A stretch of 64,000 nt of DNA from IMG/VR virus record IMGVR_UViG_3300038424_000251, positions 1-64,000 of that record; one strand, written 5' to 3'. The position numbers and the translations under genes are program-made. Position 1 is the first letter of the stretch, and every line of letters starts with the position of its first letter. Shown here piece by piece: positions 29,625-38,924 of this stretch. The notes beneath the pieces are model-generated. The model was given only the letters and a program-made list of their open reading frames with translations. It ran no database searches and was not told the DNA's origin.

Positions 29625-29666
29625 TTATACTTACCGAATTAAAACAAATTACTTTCATTTAATTTT

Positions 29667-29695
29667 AAACCCCAGTCATGAGGCTGGGGTTTTTT
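29667..29695 (+). terminator. Rho-independent terminator after tail tube gene
   Basis: AAACCCCAGTC-ATGA-GGCTGGGGTTT followed by T run. Confidence 0.8.
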
Positions 29696-29729
29696 GTTTG
29701 TTATAAAGAATTTATCAATATTTATGTTT

Positions 29730-30191
29730 ATGAGAACATCACAATTAAAAGGACTTATAAAAGAGATTATAAGAGAATATTTTAATGAAGGACGATATGG
29801 GAAGTATGAAAAAATAAAGGGTATCGGAGGAGTAAGAGGAGTTCGTTCAGCTCAGAGAGGATTATTAAAGCATGTACCTCTTAATATTGACCCAAGTTCT
29901 CCAAAAATGGGAACTCGTATTAAAGTCCCCTCTACTATGATTAAAAGAAAGTATTATTCAGATAAAGTAATCAGAATAAAAATTCCTGCTGGTACTGAAG
30001 GATTTGTGAAAGAACTTGTTGTAGGATTTAATGTTGGTGCTATAAGTCCAAAGAATTTTAGAATTGTTGGTCCAACGGGTAAAAAAAATGTACCTCAACC
30101 ATTAACATCTCATCAATTAAGATATATCGTAAATCTTGGTAAATACGGTTATGTGTCTTTAACAAGAGATGAATTTGAAGTAATTAAGTAA
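29730..30191 (+). CDS. Basic hypothetical protein with LKGLIKEIIRE leader
   Basis: Start refined to ATG 29730 after TATTTATG. Confidence 0.55.
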   Translation: MRTSQLKGLIKEIIREYFNEGRYGKYEKIKGIGGVRGVRSAQRGLLKHVPLNIDPSSPKMGTRIKVPSTMIKRKYYSDKVIRIKIPAGTEGFVKELVVGFNVGAISPKNFRIVGPTGKKNVPQPLTSHQLRYIVNLGKYGYVSLTRDEFEVIK

Positions 30192-30952
30192 TGATGAAAA
30201 AATCAATTCTAAAACGTCTTATTAAAGAAATAATAACTACATCTAGGTGGGATACTCCTAAAGGAACTCCTGATACAGTTATCAATGTAATGCATATTAT
30301 AATTGCATCATTGCAAAAAAGAAATATAGAAAACCCTACTGATTATGTTAAAATTGGAAAACTTAAAATGTCTAAACCTTCAGATTTAGGATGGAGTATA
30401 TTTTCGTCAAAAGGAAATGAACGTAATTATATTTATTATGTTAATACAAATAATACGTGGTATATAAGTACTGTATCAAAAAATAAAATAGGTTTTAAAA
30501 TAAGAAATGCTAAAAATTTGGGAGATGTTTTTTTACATTCAATAATGGAAGATTGGGTAAATTTTACAGAAAGGGGAATTGATAATTTAATTAGTGAAGA
30601 TTTCACATTAGGATATAGTCATGGTATTGTTATTGATGACCCGACATTTTTAGTTCGTGACCCATTAAATGACCCTGAATTGACAGGTAAAATGAATGAA
30701 CAATATAGATTTCATGATTTTGATTGGTTGTCAGATATGAGTGGTTTTGGTAAACCTACAGATGTTTATTATGGTTCTATACTGTTGGGTGTAATTGAAT
30801 CAAAGCCTGATGGATATATAATAAGAATAGTAATGGGACCAAAACGAGCTGAACTTATCAGGTCCTCACCAAAAAATAAATTTAAAACTAAGGAAGTAGC
30901 AGCCAAAGTTCTTCATGCAACATGGAAACAATTTAGAAATATAAATATATGA
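30191..30952 (+). CDS. Hypothetical protein with LKRLIKEII leader
   Basis: Leader motif; internal LISE and KMNE junctions. Confidence 0.55.
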   Translation: MMKKSILKRLIKEIITTSRWDTPKGTPDTVINVMHIIIASLQKRNIENPTDYVKIGKLKMSKPSDLGWSIFSSKGNERNYIYYVNTNNTWYISTVSKNKIGFKIRNAKNLGDVFLHSIMEDWVNFTERGIDNLISEDFTLGYSHGIVIDDPTFLVRDPLNDPELTGKMNEQYRFHDFDWLSDMSGFGKPTDVYYGSILLGVIESKPDGYIIRIVMGPKRAELIRSSPKNKFKTKEVAAKVLHATWKQFRNINI

Positions 30953-32235
30953 AAAAAATAGGTATTTATCCGGGAAATTTTCAACCAGCTACTAGAGCTC
31001 ACTTGGAAGTTTATAAAAGATTAAAATCGTTGGTAGGGCCTGATAGTTTTATAGCTACTACAGATAGAGAGCCTACGCCTGATGCGCCATTGAATTTTGG
31101 AGATAAACAGCAGATTTGGGTAAGACATGGAGTTTCGGCAGGTCAAGTAGTTAAGATTTCTATGTTACCATCTGATAATATAGAAAGAGCTATGGAGTGG
31201 AGGCCAGTAGAAATTTTCAATAATTTTTCAGCAGAACATATAGCAGCTATCTGTGTTTTTAATGAGAAAGAAGTTGCATTGTTTTCCAAGAGGAAGGGAA
31301 AAATAGGTCCAAGTGTTGATGGTATGGTTGCTGGAACAACAGGAAAAATTCAAAGGGTGGTGGAAGCTTTATTAAAAAAGAAAAAAAAGGCAAAAAAGGA
31401 ACGTTCTCCGATGATTTATAAACCGACAGGTTTTAATGTAATAAGTAAAAGTACTGTTGATATTAAAAAACAAACAGAACCACGAGAAACAGAAAGTAGA
31501 GAAACATGGTTAAAACCAGATGGTTCTCTTCAATATTTTCAACCATATAAAGGAAATGAAAATATTTTGAAACCATTTAGAGAACACGCCTATATTATAG
31601 TGTTAGATGATTCAAGAATTCAAGGAAATCCTGTATCTACGGCTAATATTCGTAGTGTTTTGGGTTCTACGAAATATACTGATGACCAGAAGAAAAAATT
31701 CTTTAGATGGATATTTGGCTGGTTTGATATAGGGTTATATCAATTAATAACATTAAAATTTAAAATGGCACATCAAGTTATGTCACCAGAAGAGGAACCA
31801 TCACAACCAGCTATGACGGATGTAGGCGCAGAAACTCAAATATATCCATCAAAATCTTTTTCTTCTTCTGAAATTTATAATTCAAGAAGAAAACTAAAAG
31901 AGATGGTTTATGAAATTCTTGAAGAAATAATGGATGAAGATTATTCTACTACTATCAATGAGCCTGATTCTTCTACTACTGATAAGGGAACGTCTGGTAC
32001 TTCGAATGGGGAAAAAAGTTCATCACAACAAAGAGCAGATGCAACTAAACAGAAGCAGGATTTGGTTGCACAAAAACGACAGGCTGAAAGAAGTTTAAAG
32101 GGCATGACAGCAGATTTGGCATGGAAAAAGGCAGATGTTGATAGAAAAAGAAAAGACGAGCTTCCGGGTAAAAGAAAAGAAATAGATGATTTGAATAGAC
32201 AAATTGCTGCATCTTCGGGTGCTATTAATGTATAA
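30949..32235 (+). CDS. Cytidylyltransferase-like (HIGH-superfamily) protein with extensions
   Basis: IGIYPGNFQPATRAH, PLNFGDKQQIW, VSTANIRS; internal LKEMVYEILEE motif followed by coiled coil. Confidence 0.55.
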   Translation: MKKIGIYPGNFQPATRAHLEVYKRLKSLVGPDSFIATTDREPTPDAPLNFGDKQQIWVRHGVSAGQVVKISMLPSDNIERAMEWRPVEIFNNFSAEHIAAICVFNEKEVALFSKRKGKIGPSVDGMVAGTTGKIQRVVEALLKKKKKAKKERSPMIYKPTGFNVISKSTVDIKKQTEPRETESRETWLKPDGSLQYFQPYKGNENILKPFREHAYIIVLDDSRIQGNPVSTANIRSVLGSTKYTDDQKKKFFRWIFGWFDIGLYQLITLKFKMAHQVMSPEEEPSQPAMTDVGAETQIYPSKSFSSSEIYNSRRKLKEMVYEILEEIMDEDYSTTINEPDSSTTDKGTSGTSNGEKSSSQQRADATKQKQDLVAQKRQAERSLKGMTADLAWKKADVDRKRKDELPGKRKEIDDLNRQIAASSGAINV

Positions 32236-32546
32236 TGATACTATTTCTTTTAATTATAGCTGGTATTTTATTGGAATTAATAGTTCTTGCAGCTATTGTA
32301 TATCTTATTCTAAAATACTTTTTCAAATCAAAACGTTTATCATTTTCCAGTAAAAATACAATGCCAGAAATAATGGTAATACATAATAATATAAAAGAAA
32401 AACTACATGAGAAGAATATAGAATCTCCAAGTTGTGTGTATAGTACGTTACAACAGGATGAACTTGTCAAATCTGATGGTGATTTAATTCCTTATAACCT
32501 TACAGAAAAAGAAAAGGATACATTAAAAATGTTTTACAATAGATAA
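32235..32546 (+). CDS. Small membrane protein
   Basis: N-terminal hydrophobic stretch of about 26 aa. Confidence 0.55.
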   Translation: MILFLLIIAGILLELIVLAAIVYLILKYFFKSKRLSFSSKNTMPEIMVIHNNIKEKLHEKNIESPSCVYSTLQQDELVKSDGDLIPYNLTEKEKDTLKMFYNR

Positions 32547-32607
32547 TAATAAAATTCTAAAAATTTAGTTGTTTGTCTATATATCTTTATGAAAGGCAAA
32601 GATAGTT

Positions 32608-33468
32608 ATGGCAGATAATAATCAAACAATTCCAATTAGGCGTCAAGTAATTAATGTTCCAGACTTTGTTACTAAAGCAGTTACCGATATTCCACAATCA
32701 AGGGATATAATAAAATATCCAACTGAAATAATTCCACTTCCAACAAAAGGGTGGTTTTATCCAGAAGGTCATATATTGTCGTCAGGTGAAATAGAAATTA
32801 AACAAATGACAGCAAAAGAAGAAGATCTTCTTGCTAATCAAGAACTCATCAGAAAAGGTAAAGTACTGGATAAATTGTTGGAATCTGTTATAGTAAATAA
32901 AGCAATTAAGCTTGATGAAATCTTGATTCCTGACACAAATGCTATTTTTATTGCTATGCGAAGACTTGCATACGGAGATGAATATGACGTTTTAATTGAA
33001 TGCCCTAGATGCTCAGCACAAAATAAAGTAAAAATAGACCTTTCAAAACTTTCATACAAACCTTTTAATTTTGACGAATATCCGAAGGGCCAAAATAATT
33101 TTACGTTTAAATTACCGAGTTCGGGTGTCACTATAACATATAAACTAATGAGTAAAATTGATGAACAATCAATAGATGCTGAATTAGCTCAAATTAAAAA
33201 AATTTCTAAAGAGAATACTGGAGAACTTACAACTCGATTGAAATATTTATTTACTTCTATAGACGGTAACATGGATAGAGTTGGTATTAGAAGGTTTATA
33301 GAGGAAAAAATGGTTGCTAAAGACAGTTTAGCACTTAGAAAGCACATGAGGGAATATAATCCAGATGTAGATATGACATTTGATTTTAAATGTTCTGAAT
33401 GTGATCTTGAAAGGAGATTGGATATGCCTTTAGGCTCATCCTTTCTATTCCCTGACGCTAACTCCTGA
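32608..33468 (+). CDS. Baseplate hub assembly / tail assembly chaperone
   Basis: IPLPTKGWFYP, MTAKEEDLL, RRLAYGDEY, CPRC and CSEC pairs; directly upstream of tape measure. Confidence 0.7.
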   Translation: MADNNQTIPIRRQVINVPDFVTKAVTDIPQSRDIIKYPTEIIPLPTKGWFYPEGHILSSGEIEIKQMTAKEEDLLANQELIRKGKVLDKLLESVIVNKAIKLDEILIPDTNAIFIAMRRLAYGDEYDVLIECPRCSAQNKVKIDLSKLSYKPFNFDEYPKGQNNFTFKLPSSGVTITYKLMSKIDEQSIDAELAQIKKISKENTGELTTRLKYLFTSIDGNMDRVGIRRFIEEKMVAKDSLALRKHMREYNPDVDMTFDFKCSECDLERRLDMPLGSSFLFPDANS

Positions 33469-33694
33469 AGATAAAGTAAGGATTCATCAAGAAATTTTTT
33501 ATTTGATTTATCACAGTAATGGTGGCTTTACACACGATGAAGTTTATACTATGCCTGTGTTTCTTAGATATTTTTATTTAAGAATGCTATTTGACCAAAA
33601 AGAAAAAGAATCTAATGAAATGAAAAATCAAGATTCTGATATGACTCCAAAATCTAAATTTGTTTCCCATCCCAATATAAGGAAACCTGCATAA
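33434..33694 (+). CDS. Chaperone C-terminal extension in the +1 frame (probable frameshift product)
   Basis: +1 frame is open from 33434, overlapping the end of the upstream ORF; only a weak TTG start at 33503; LIYHSNGGFTHDEVYTMPVFLRYFY. Confidence 0.55.
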   Translation, partial: AHPFYSLTLTPEDKVRIHQEIFYLIYHSNGGFTHDEVYTMPVFLRYFYLRMLFDQKEKESNEMKNQDSDMTPKSKFVSHPNIRKPA

Positions 33695-33745
33695 TTCTTT
33701 TGGTTTTTCACTATTTATAGTTTATAACACCAGAAGTGTATCCAT

Positions 33746-36232
33746 ATGGCAGAACAACCAAAAAGGTCAAAACAAGAATTAAAAGAAGAAGCTCAGCTTG
33801 TTGAAAGTATTAATGAGAAACTTAGATATCTTTTGGAACTTAAAAAAGAGGGTATAAGGTTAGAAAAACATCTTCTAAAACTAGAAGAGGACCGGTTACA
33901 AGAAAGTCTGGATAGAGGGGAAATAAGTGAGAAGGAATACGAGACTAAGACAAATCTTGTTAAGGCTGAAGAAAAAATATTGTATTCTATAGGAAGAGGA
34001 AGAGTTCCAAATGCTGAAAAAATTAAAGGATTAATATCTGCTAATAAAGAATTAAATACACAAACAAAACTTCAAGAAAAAGCTGTAACATTAGAAAAAG
34101 TATTGGATAAACTAGGATTTAGTTCGTCAGCTAGGATGATAGAAATGATGAAAGGAATGACAACTAAAACAGCATTAGGTTATGTTACGCTTATATCTAT
34201 GGGAATTTATGCAATAAAATTGTTTAAAGATTTTCAACAAATAGATAAAGCTGCTGCAGAATTCAGAAAAACTATGGGATTGGTAAGAATGGATTCTGAA
34301 AGGTTAGAAAAAGTAGCAAGAATTATAACATATGATTATGCTCATATCGGTATAATGGCTGAAGATGTTTATAAATCAATGTTAGCTATAACTGCCACTA
34401 TAGGAACTTCTCAAATTATTACAAGGGAGATGGTCGAAGATATGACTTTCCTATCAGTTCAACTTGGTGTTGCAGAAACAACATCTGCTGAATTTTTAAG
34501 AGTTATGGGGCAGGTATCACAAGCTACTATGAACTCTCAAACGAGTATAGCCTTGTTTACTGCCAAATTGTCTGCTGCCGCAGGTACAAATTTGAATGAA
34601 GTAATGGGTGATGTTGCAACAGCTACAAAATCGAGTTACCAATTTTTAACGAGAGATTCATTAGCCCTTGCTAAAGCAGCAGTGGAAGCAAGAAGAATGG
34701 GTACAAGTTTAGACTCAGCAGTTAGAACTTCAAGTTTTTTGTTGGATTTCACAAGAAGCGTAAATGCTGAAATGAATATGAGTGTTTTGGTTGGAAAAGC
34801 TATAAATCTTCAGAAAGCTCGTGAATTAGCATATCATAGGGATATTGCTGGATTAAACAAAGAAATCTTAAATATATTAAGACAAACTAATTTTGAAAAT
34901 CTTGACCCATTCCAGCAGAATGCTGTAGCAGAAGCGTTGGGTAAATCTGCTGACGAGTTGGCAAAAATGGCACAATCAGATAGGGAAATGAGGTTACTTA
35001 GGGGTGATGACACACTTAGAAAGCAAGTAGCAGAGTATGATAAATTAAGAGCAGCTAATAAAGCAATGGCAGATGATGCAGCAAAAAGTTATAAAACAAA
35101 ATTGGAAGAATTATCAAATGCAGAATCATTAAAAACTATAACATTAGCTATACATGCTGTTGTGCAAAAAATGCTTTATTTTCTTCTACCGCCTATAGTT
35201 TGGATTTTAACAGGTGCAGCATGGGTTTTAAATCAAATAAATATGGGTATGGCTAGATGGGCATTTATATTAGGATTGGTTATTGATTATCTTGATGATG
35301 TTGCTTTATGGTTTTTTGGTATTAAAAAACCAAGTATTATAATGAATTTAGCAAAAGGATTATATACAGCAATCACTTATCCTTTTAAATATGCTAGGGA
35401 TTTATTTTTAAAAACTAATACGGTATTACAAATGATAGGTAAAAGCGTTGAAACTTTGGGGTTGAGATTTAAATATATCAATGTTTTTTTCCGTTCTTTC
35501 GGTTCTTTTTTTAAAACAATTGGAAAGGTATTTGGTGAAATTCTTCTTCCGTTAATGTTTATTTATCATTTAAGTGTAAATTTATGGAAACTTTGGCACG
35601 ATCCCAAAGCAGCAACAGGTTGGATGTCGGTTGCTCGCGCTTTTGGATTGGTTTTTAAATCACTATTACAAGCACTTAATGATTTAACTTTTGGATTAGC
35701 AGGAAAAATCCTTAGTTTTCTGGATTGGCTTGCTACTAAAATATTTGGGTCATTACTTGACCCCTTTAAAAGGGCTTGGCATATAATTAAAAAGTTTTGG
35801 GTTGGGGAATCTCCATCCCAATTGGGACTATTAATTCTTGAAGGAATAGTTGCAGTTGAAGGTTTGATACTTAGAGCTTTGATTTCACCATTTAAAAAAG
35901 CTTGGGAATTTATTAAAAAGCTTCCTATTATATCAAAACTAATGGGAAGCACCAGCATAGGTGGTAACATTTCCCCTGAGGCTAAAACCGCAATGACTGT
36001 AGAAAGAGGTAAGCCATCTGTGGATATTAAAAAATCATCGGATGCTTTAACTACCACAGTTGGTGGTATGAGTGATGAACTTGTGAAGAGATTATCATCA
36101 ATTGTAGATGCTATTAACGATTTAAGAACTGATTTTAAAAATGGTAGTTTAACCGCCAATGTTTACATCGATTCCCAGAAGCTAGATGCTTTGATGGGAA
36201 GAAGATTAGCTTATACAGGTCAATTGGTGTAA
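33746..36232 (+). CDS. Tape measure protein
   Basis: Long Ala/Leu-rich helical protein with hydrophobic W/F-spaced segment; located after the chaperone and before the baseplate genes. Confidence 0.75.
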   Translation: MAEQPKRSKQELKEEAQLVESINEKLRYLLELKKEGIRLEKHLLKLEEDRLQESLDRGEISEKEYETKTNLVKAEEKILYSIGRGRVPNAEKIKGLISANKELNTQTKLQEKAVTLEKVLDKLGFSSSARMIEMMKGMTTKTALGYVTLISMGIYAIKLFKDFQQIDKAAAEFRKTMGLVRMDSERLEKVARIITYDYAHIGIMAEDVYKSMLAITATIGTSQIITREMVEDMTFLSVQLGVAETTSAEFLRVMGQVSQATMNSQTSIALFTAKLSAAAGTNLNEVMGDVATATKSSYQFLTRDSLALAKAAVEARRMGTSLDSAVRTSSFLLDFTRSVNAEMNMSVLVGKAINLQKARELAYHRDIAGLNKEILNILRQTNFENLDPFQQNAVAEALGKSADELAKMAQSDREMRLLRGDDTLRKQVAEYDKLRAANKAMADDAAKSYKTKLEELSNAESLKTITLAIHAVVQKMLYFLLPPIVWILTGAAWVLNQINMGMARWAFILGLVIDYLDDVALWFFGIKKPSIIMNLAKGLYTAITYPFKYARDLFLKTNTVLQMIGKSVETLGLRFKYINVFFRSFGSFFKTIGKVFGEILLPLMFIYHLSVNLWKLWHDPKAATGWMSVARAFGLVFKSLLQALNDLTFGLAGKILSFLDWLATKIFGSLLDPFKRAWHIIKKFWVGESPSQLGLLILEGIVAVEGLILRALISPFKKAWEFIKKLPIISKLMGSTSIGGNISPEAKTAMTVERGKPSVDIKKSSDALTTTVGGMSDELVKRLSSIVDAINDLRTDFKNGSLTANVYIDSQKLDALMGRRLAYTGQLV

Positions 36233-36247
36233 TATACTTATTAATAT

Positions 36248-38608
36248 ATGCCTAACAGAACAACAACAGTAATTAAGCTTTCAGATTTTCCACCAACACT
36301 TCCTGTAGTTCCGCCGAATTATCCTTCTGGTCCAGCACCCGGCAAAATACAGCTTTTGTTGGATTATAATAGTAGCTATCTTTATCATAAATTTAGTCCT
36401 TATACTAATTATCATGATAGTGTTTTGGCTAGTGTTCTTTCTAATAGACAACCATTTATTTACACATTTATAGATGATGCTCAAAATTCTGTTTTTGCTA
36501 AATTACCACAATCCGTTCAATCATTAACTGATTTGGTAAATATCAATCAAGATTCTATAAATGATGTAGTTAGAGTTTCCAATTTTCTTATATCATCATG
36601 GGGAGTTCAATTTCTAGTTTCTCAAACTGCTATTCAAAGGTTGGCATCATTTGATGAAACTAGAGTTTACAATCCTTTATCACCTATTCTCTCCACTATT
36701 GCTCCTTTGACTTTGGGAATAGGAAATATGCCAACAAGACATATTGAAGGTGGTTTGCTTGGTCTTGCTAATTCAGTAACATCGGTGGTAGGTATAAATT
36801 TGGAAAGTGGATTTCAAACACCCAAAAGCACAGTGGGTAATGATGCTTTACCAACAGGCAATACAGGTCAGGGAAAAGGATTGATTCGTGGTTCTGATGC
36901 AGCAAAAGGAATATCATCATTTCAATCTAAATGGGCACCATCTACTACACAAAATAGTTCTCTGTTAGGTTCAGCATTGAATAATTTTGCAACATCTATT
37001 AAAAATTCATTTACTGCATTTTTTGGTGGTGCTCCTCAATCACCGGGTATTTTTAGAGCAGATGAAGAAGGCTATAAAGTTATGGCTTTAGGTTCTATGA
37101 ATTTGTCTCAACCGTGGTTTGCTTCTGCTATAGGTCAAATTAGTCAACCTGTTACTCAAAATAAATCTGTATTCGGAATTATAGGTTCTGCTGCAGTAAC
37201 AGGTAATGCTCAGACAGTTTTCATAAAACAAAAGCTTATATCACTTCCTGACAGATTTACATATGTCACAACAACCAATGGATTGACGGGGTATAATATA
37301 AATGAGTCTGATGGAGTTAAATCGACGGGTTATTCTGCAGGAAATAAATATACTGATGTAATAGGTCAGCAACCTTTATCTAGTGATACTGATAGAACTA
37401 ATTCTGATATGCTGATTCAATATAGTTATTACACTCAGGAAGCTAATAATTATCCATCCAAATTTTCTGATAATTCTTCAACTGGAGTAGCTGAAATTGA
37501 GAAAGAATTGCAAAAAGTTATTGATAATATAAATATAAGAGCAAAAGCTACCTATAATATTTTTAAAAATAATGCATCATATTTGTTACCTTATGGTTCT
37601 GATGTTAATTATATTGAATATGATAGTTGGTCTAAAAAGAAGGGAAAAGTTGCTTTTAGAGCTGGTGCTGCTGGAGAGTATATTAGTGGACCTTCTAGTA
37701 ATACAGACACAACTCAACCAAGAACAATTGATGCTTCGGTTTCACTAGGTCATAGTTTAAGAATGGCTACAACTTTTCTATCTGATGGTATAAATATGTT
37801 GGGTGTTCTTCCAAATGATAGAAGTATCACGGGTAATTCCGTTTATACTGGTTGGACTGTATGGGAACCATATGATGATGATTTAATTGCGTTCTTTTTT
37901 TATGACGTGGTAAATGACAAATATATTCCATTTCGTGCTACGGTAAAAGCTATATCAGAAGGTAATACAGCATTTTGGGATGAACTTCGTTTTATAGGAA
38001 GAGCAGACCAATTGTATTCATATAATGGATTTAGTAGAACTCTTTCATTCACATTTAATGTTGTAATTAATAGTGTTAATGAATTATTACCATCGTGGAA
38101 GAAAATCAATTATATTGCAAGTGCAGTAAAACCATCAAATTATACGACAGGTCAAGTTATAAATAATGTTTATAATCGATTTATTGTTCCCCCTATGATG
38201 ATGTTAACAATTGGTGATTTGTATAAATTTCAACCTATAGTTATTACATCATTAAATGTTAATATTCCTGATGATGCTTCTTGGGAAACATTAAATGAAA
38301 ATAATTCAAAATTAGGTTGGAGTTATTTAAATGGTTTAATCACCGCTCCAAATTTAGGTAAAAATTATGGACAACTTCCTAGAGAAGCTGAAATAGCCGT
38401 TACTTGTAATATACTTGAAAAAGAAAGAGCTATTATGGGCGGCTCTCATTTTGGTCATGAACCAAGAATTGATAATTGGGAAAACAAAGTTATTGCTGAA
38501 AGATTTTTGACTGGAAGTGTTCCATATTTGCCTGTTCCTACTGTTTTACATCAGAACTTTGTAGAATGGAATGACCCCGGACAACCTGACCCACATCAAA
38601 CAGCTTAA
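36248..38608 (+). CDS. Baseplate / tail-tube initiator-like protein
   Basis: C-terminal IPFRATV, W...FIGRADQLYSYNGFSRTLSFTF, PPMMMLTIGDLY. Confidence 0.55.
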   Translation: MPNRTTTVIKLSDFPPTLPVVPPNYPSGPAPGKIQLLLDYNSSYLYHKFSPYTNYHDSVLASVLSNRQPFIYTFIDDAQNSVFAKLPQSVQSLTDLVNINQDSINDVVRVSNFLISSWGVQFLVSQTAIQRLASFDETRVYNPLSPILSTIAPLTLGIGNMPTRHIEGGLLGLANSVTSVVGINLESGFQTPKSTVGNDALPTGNTGQGKGLIRGSDAAKGISSFQSKWAPSTTQNSSLLGSALNNFATSIKNSFTAFFGGAPQSPGIFRADEEGYKVMALGSMNLSQPWFASAIGQISQPVTQNKSVFGIIGSAAVTGNAQTVFIKQKLISLPDRFTYVTTTNGLTGYNINESDGVKSTGYSAGNKYTDVIGQQPLSSDTDRTNSDMLIQYSYYTQEANNYPSKFSDNSSTGVAEIEKELQKVIDNINIRAKATYNIFKNNASYLLPYGSDVNYIEYDSWSKKKGKVAFRAGAAGEYISGPSSNTDTTQPRTIDASVSLGHSLRMATTFLSDGINMLGVLPNDRSITGNSVYTGWTVWEPYDDDLIAFFFYDVVNDKYIPFRATVKAISEGNTAFWDELRFIGRADQLYSYNGFSRTLSFTFNVVINSVNELLPSWKKINYIASAVKPSNYTTGQVINNVYNRFIVPPMMMLTIGDLYKFQPIVITSLNVNIPDDASWETLNENNSKLGWSYLNGLITAPNLGKNYGQLPREAEIAVTCNILEKERAIMGGSHFGHEPRIDNWENKVIAERFLTGSVPYLPVPTVLHQNFVEWNDPGQPDPHQTA

Positions 38609-38615
38609 TATATTT

Positions 38616-38921
38616 ATGAAAAGATATGATTCAACATCAATGATGCAAAGGTGGGATGGTAAAAGGGTTTATGTTACAACTCAATACCCAATTATACAAC
38701 CTCAAGATAGTGATGCTATTGTTATATCTAATGAAGCAGATTATTTAGATAACCTTGCTTACAAGTATTATAATGACCCCACATTATGGTGGATTATAGC
38801 ATTGGTCAATAATATTGGTAAAGGGAGAATGAGTGTTCCACCGGGTATGCAACTTAGAATACCAACTAATATTAATGATATTCTAGTACAATTTAATACG
38901 TTAAATTATAATTCACAATAA
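38616..38921 (+). CDS. LysM-like baseplate wedge protein (gp53/tail X-like)
   Basis: DYLDNLAYKYYNDPTLWWIIALVNN...PGMQLRIP. Confidence 0.8.
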   Translation: MKRYDSTSMMQRWDGKRVYVTTQYPIIQPQDSDAIVISNEADYLDNLAYKYYNDPTLWWIIALVNNIGKGRMSVPPGMQLRIPTNINDILVQFNTLNYNSQ

Positions 38922-38924
38922 GTT

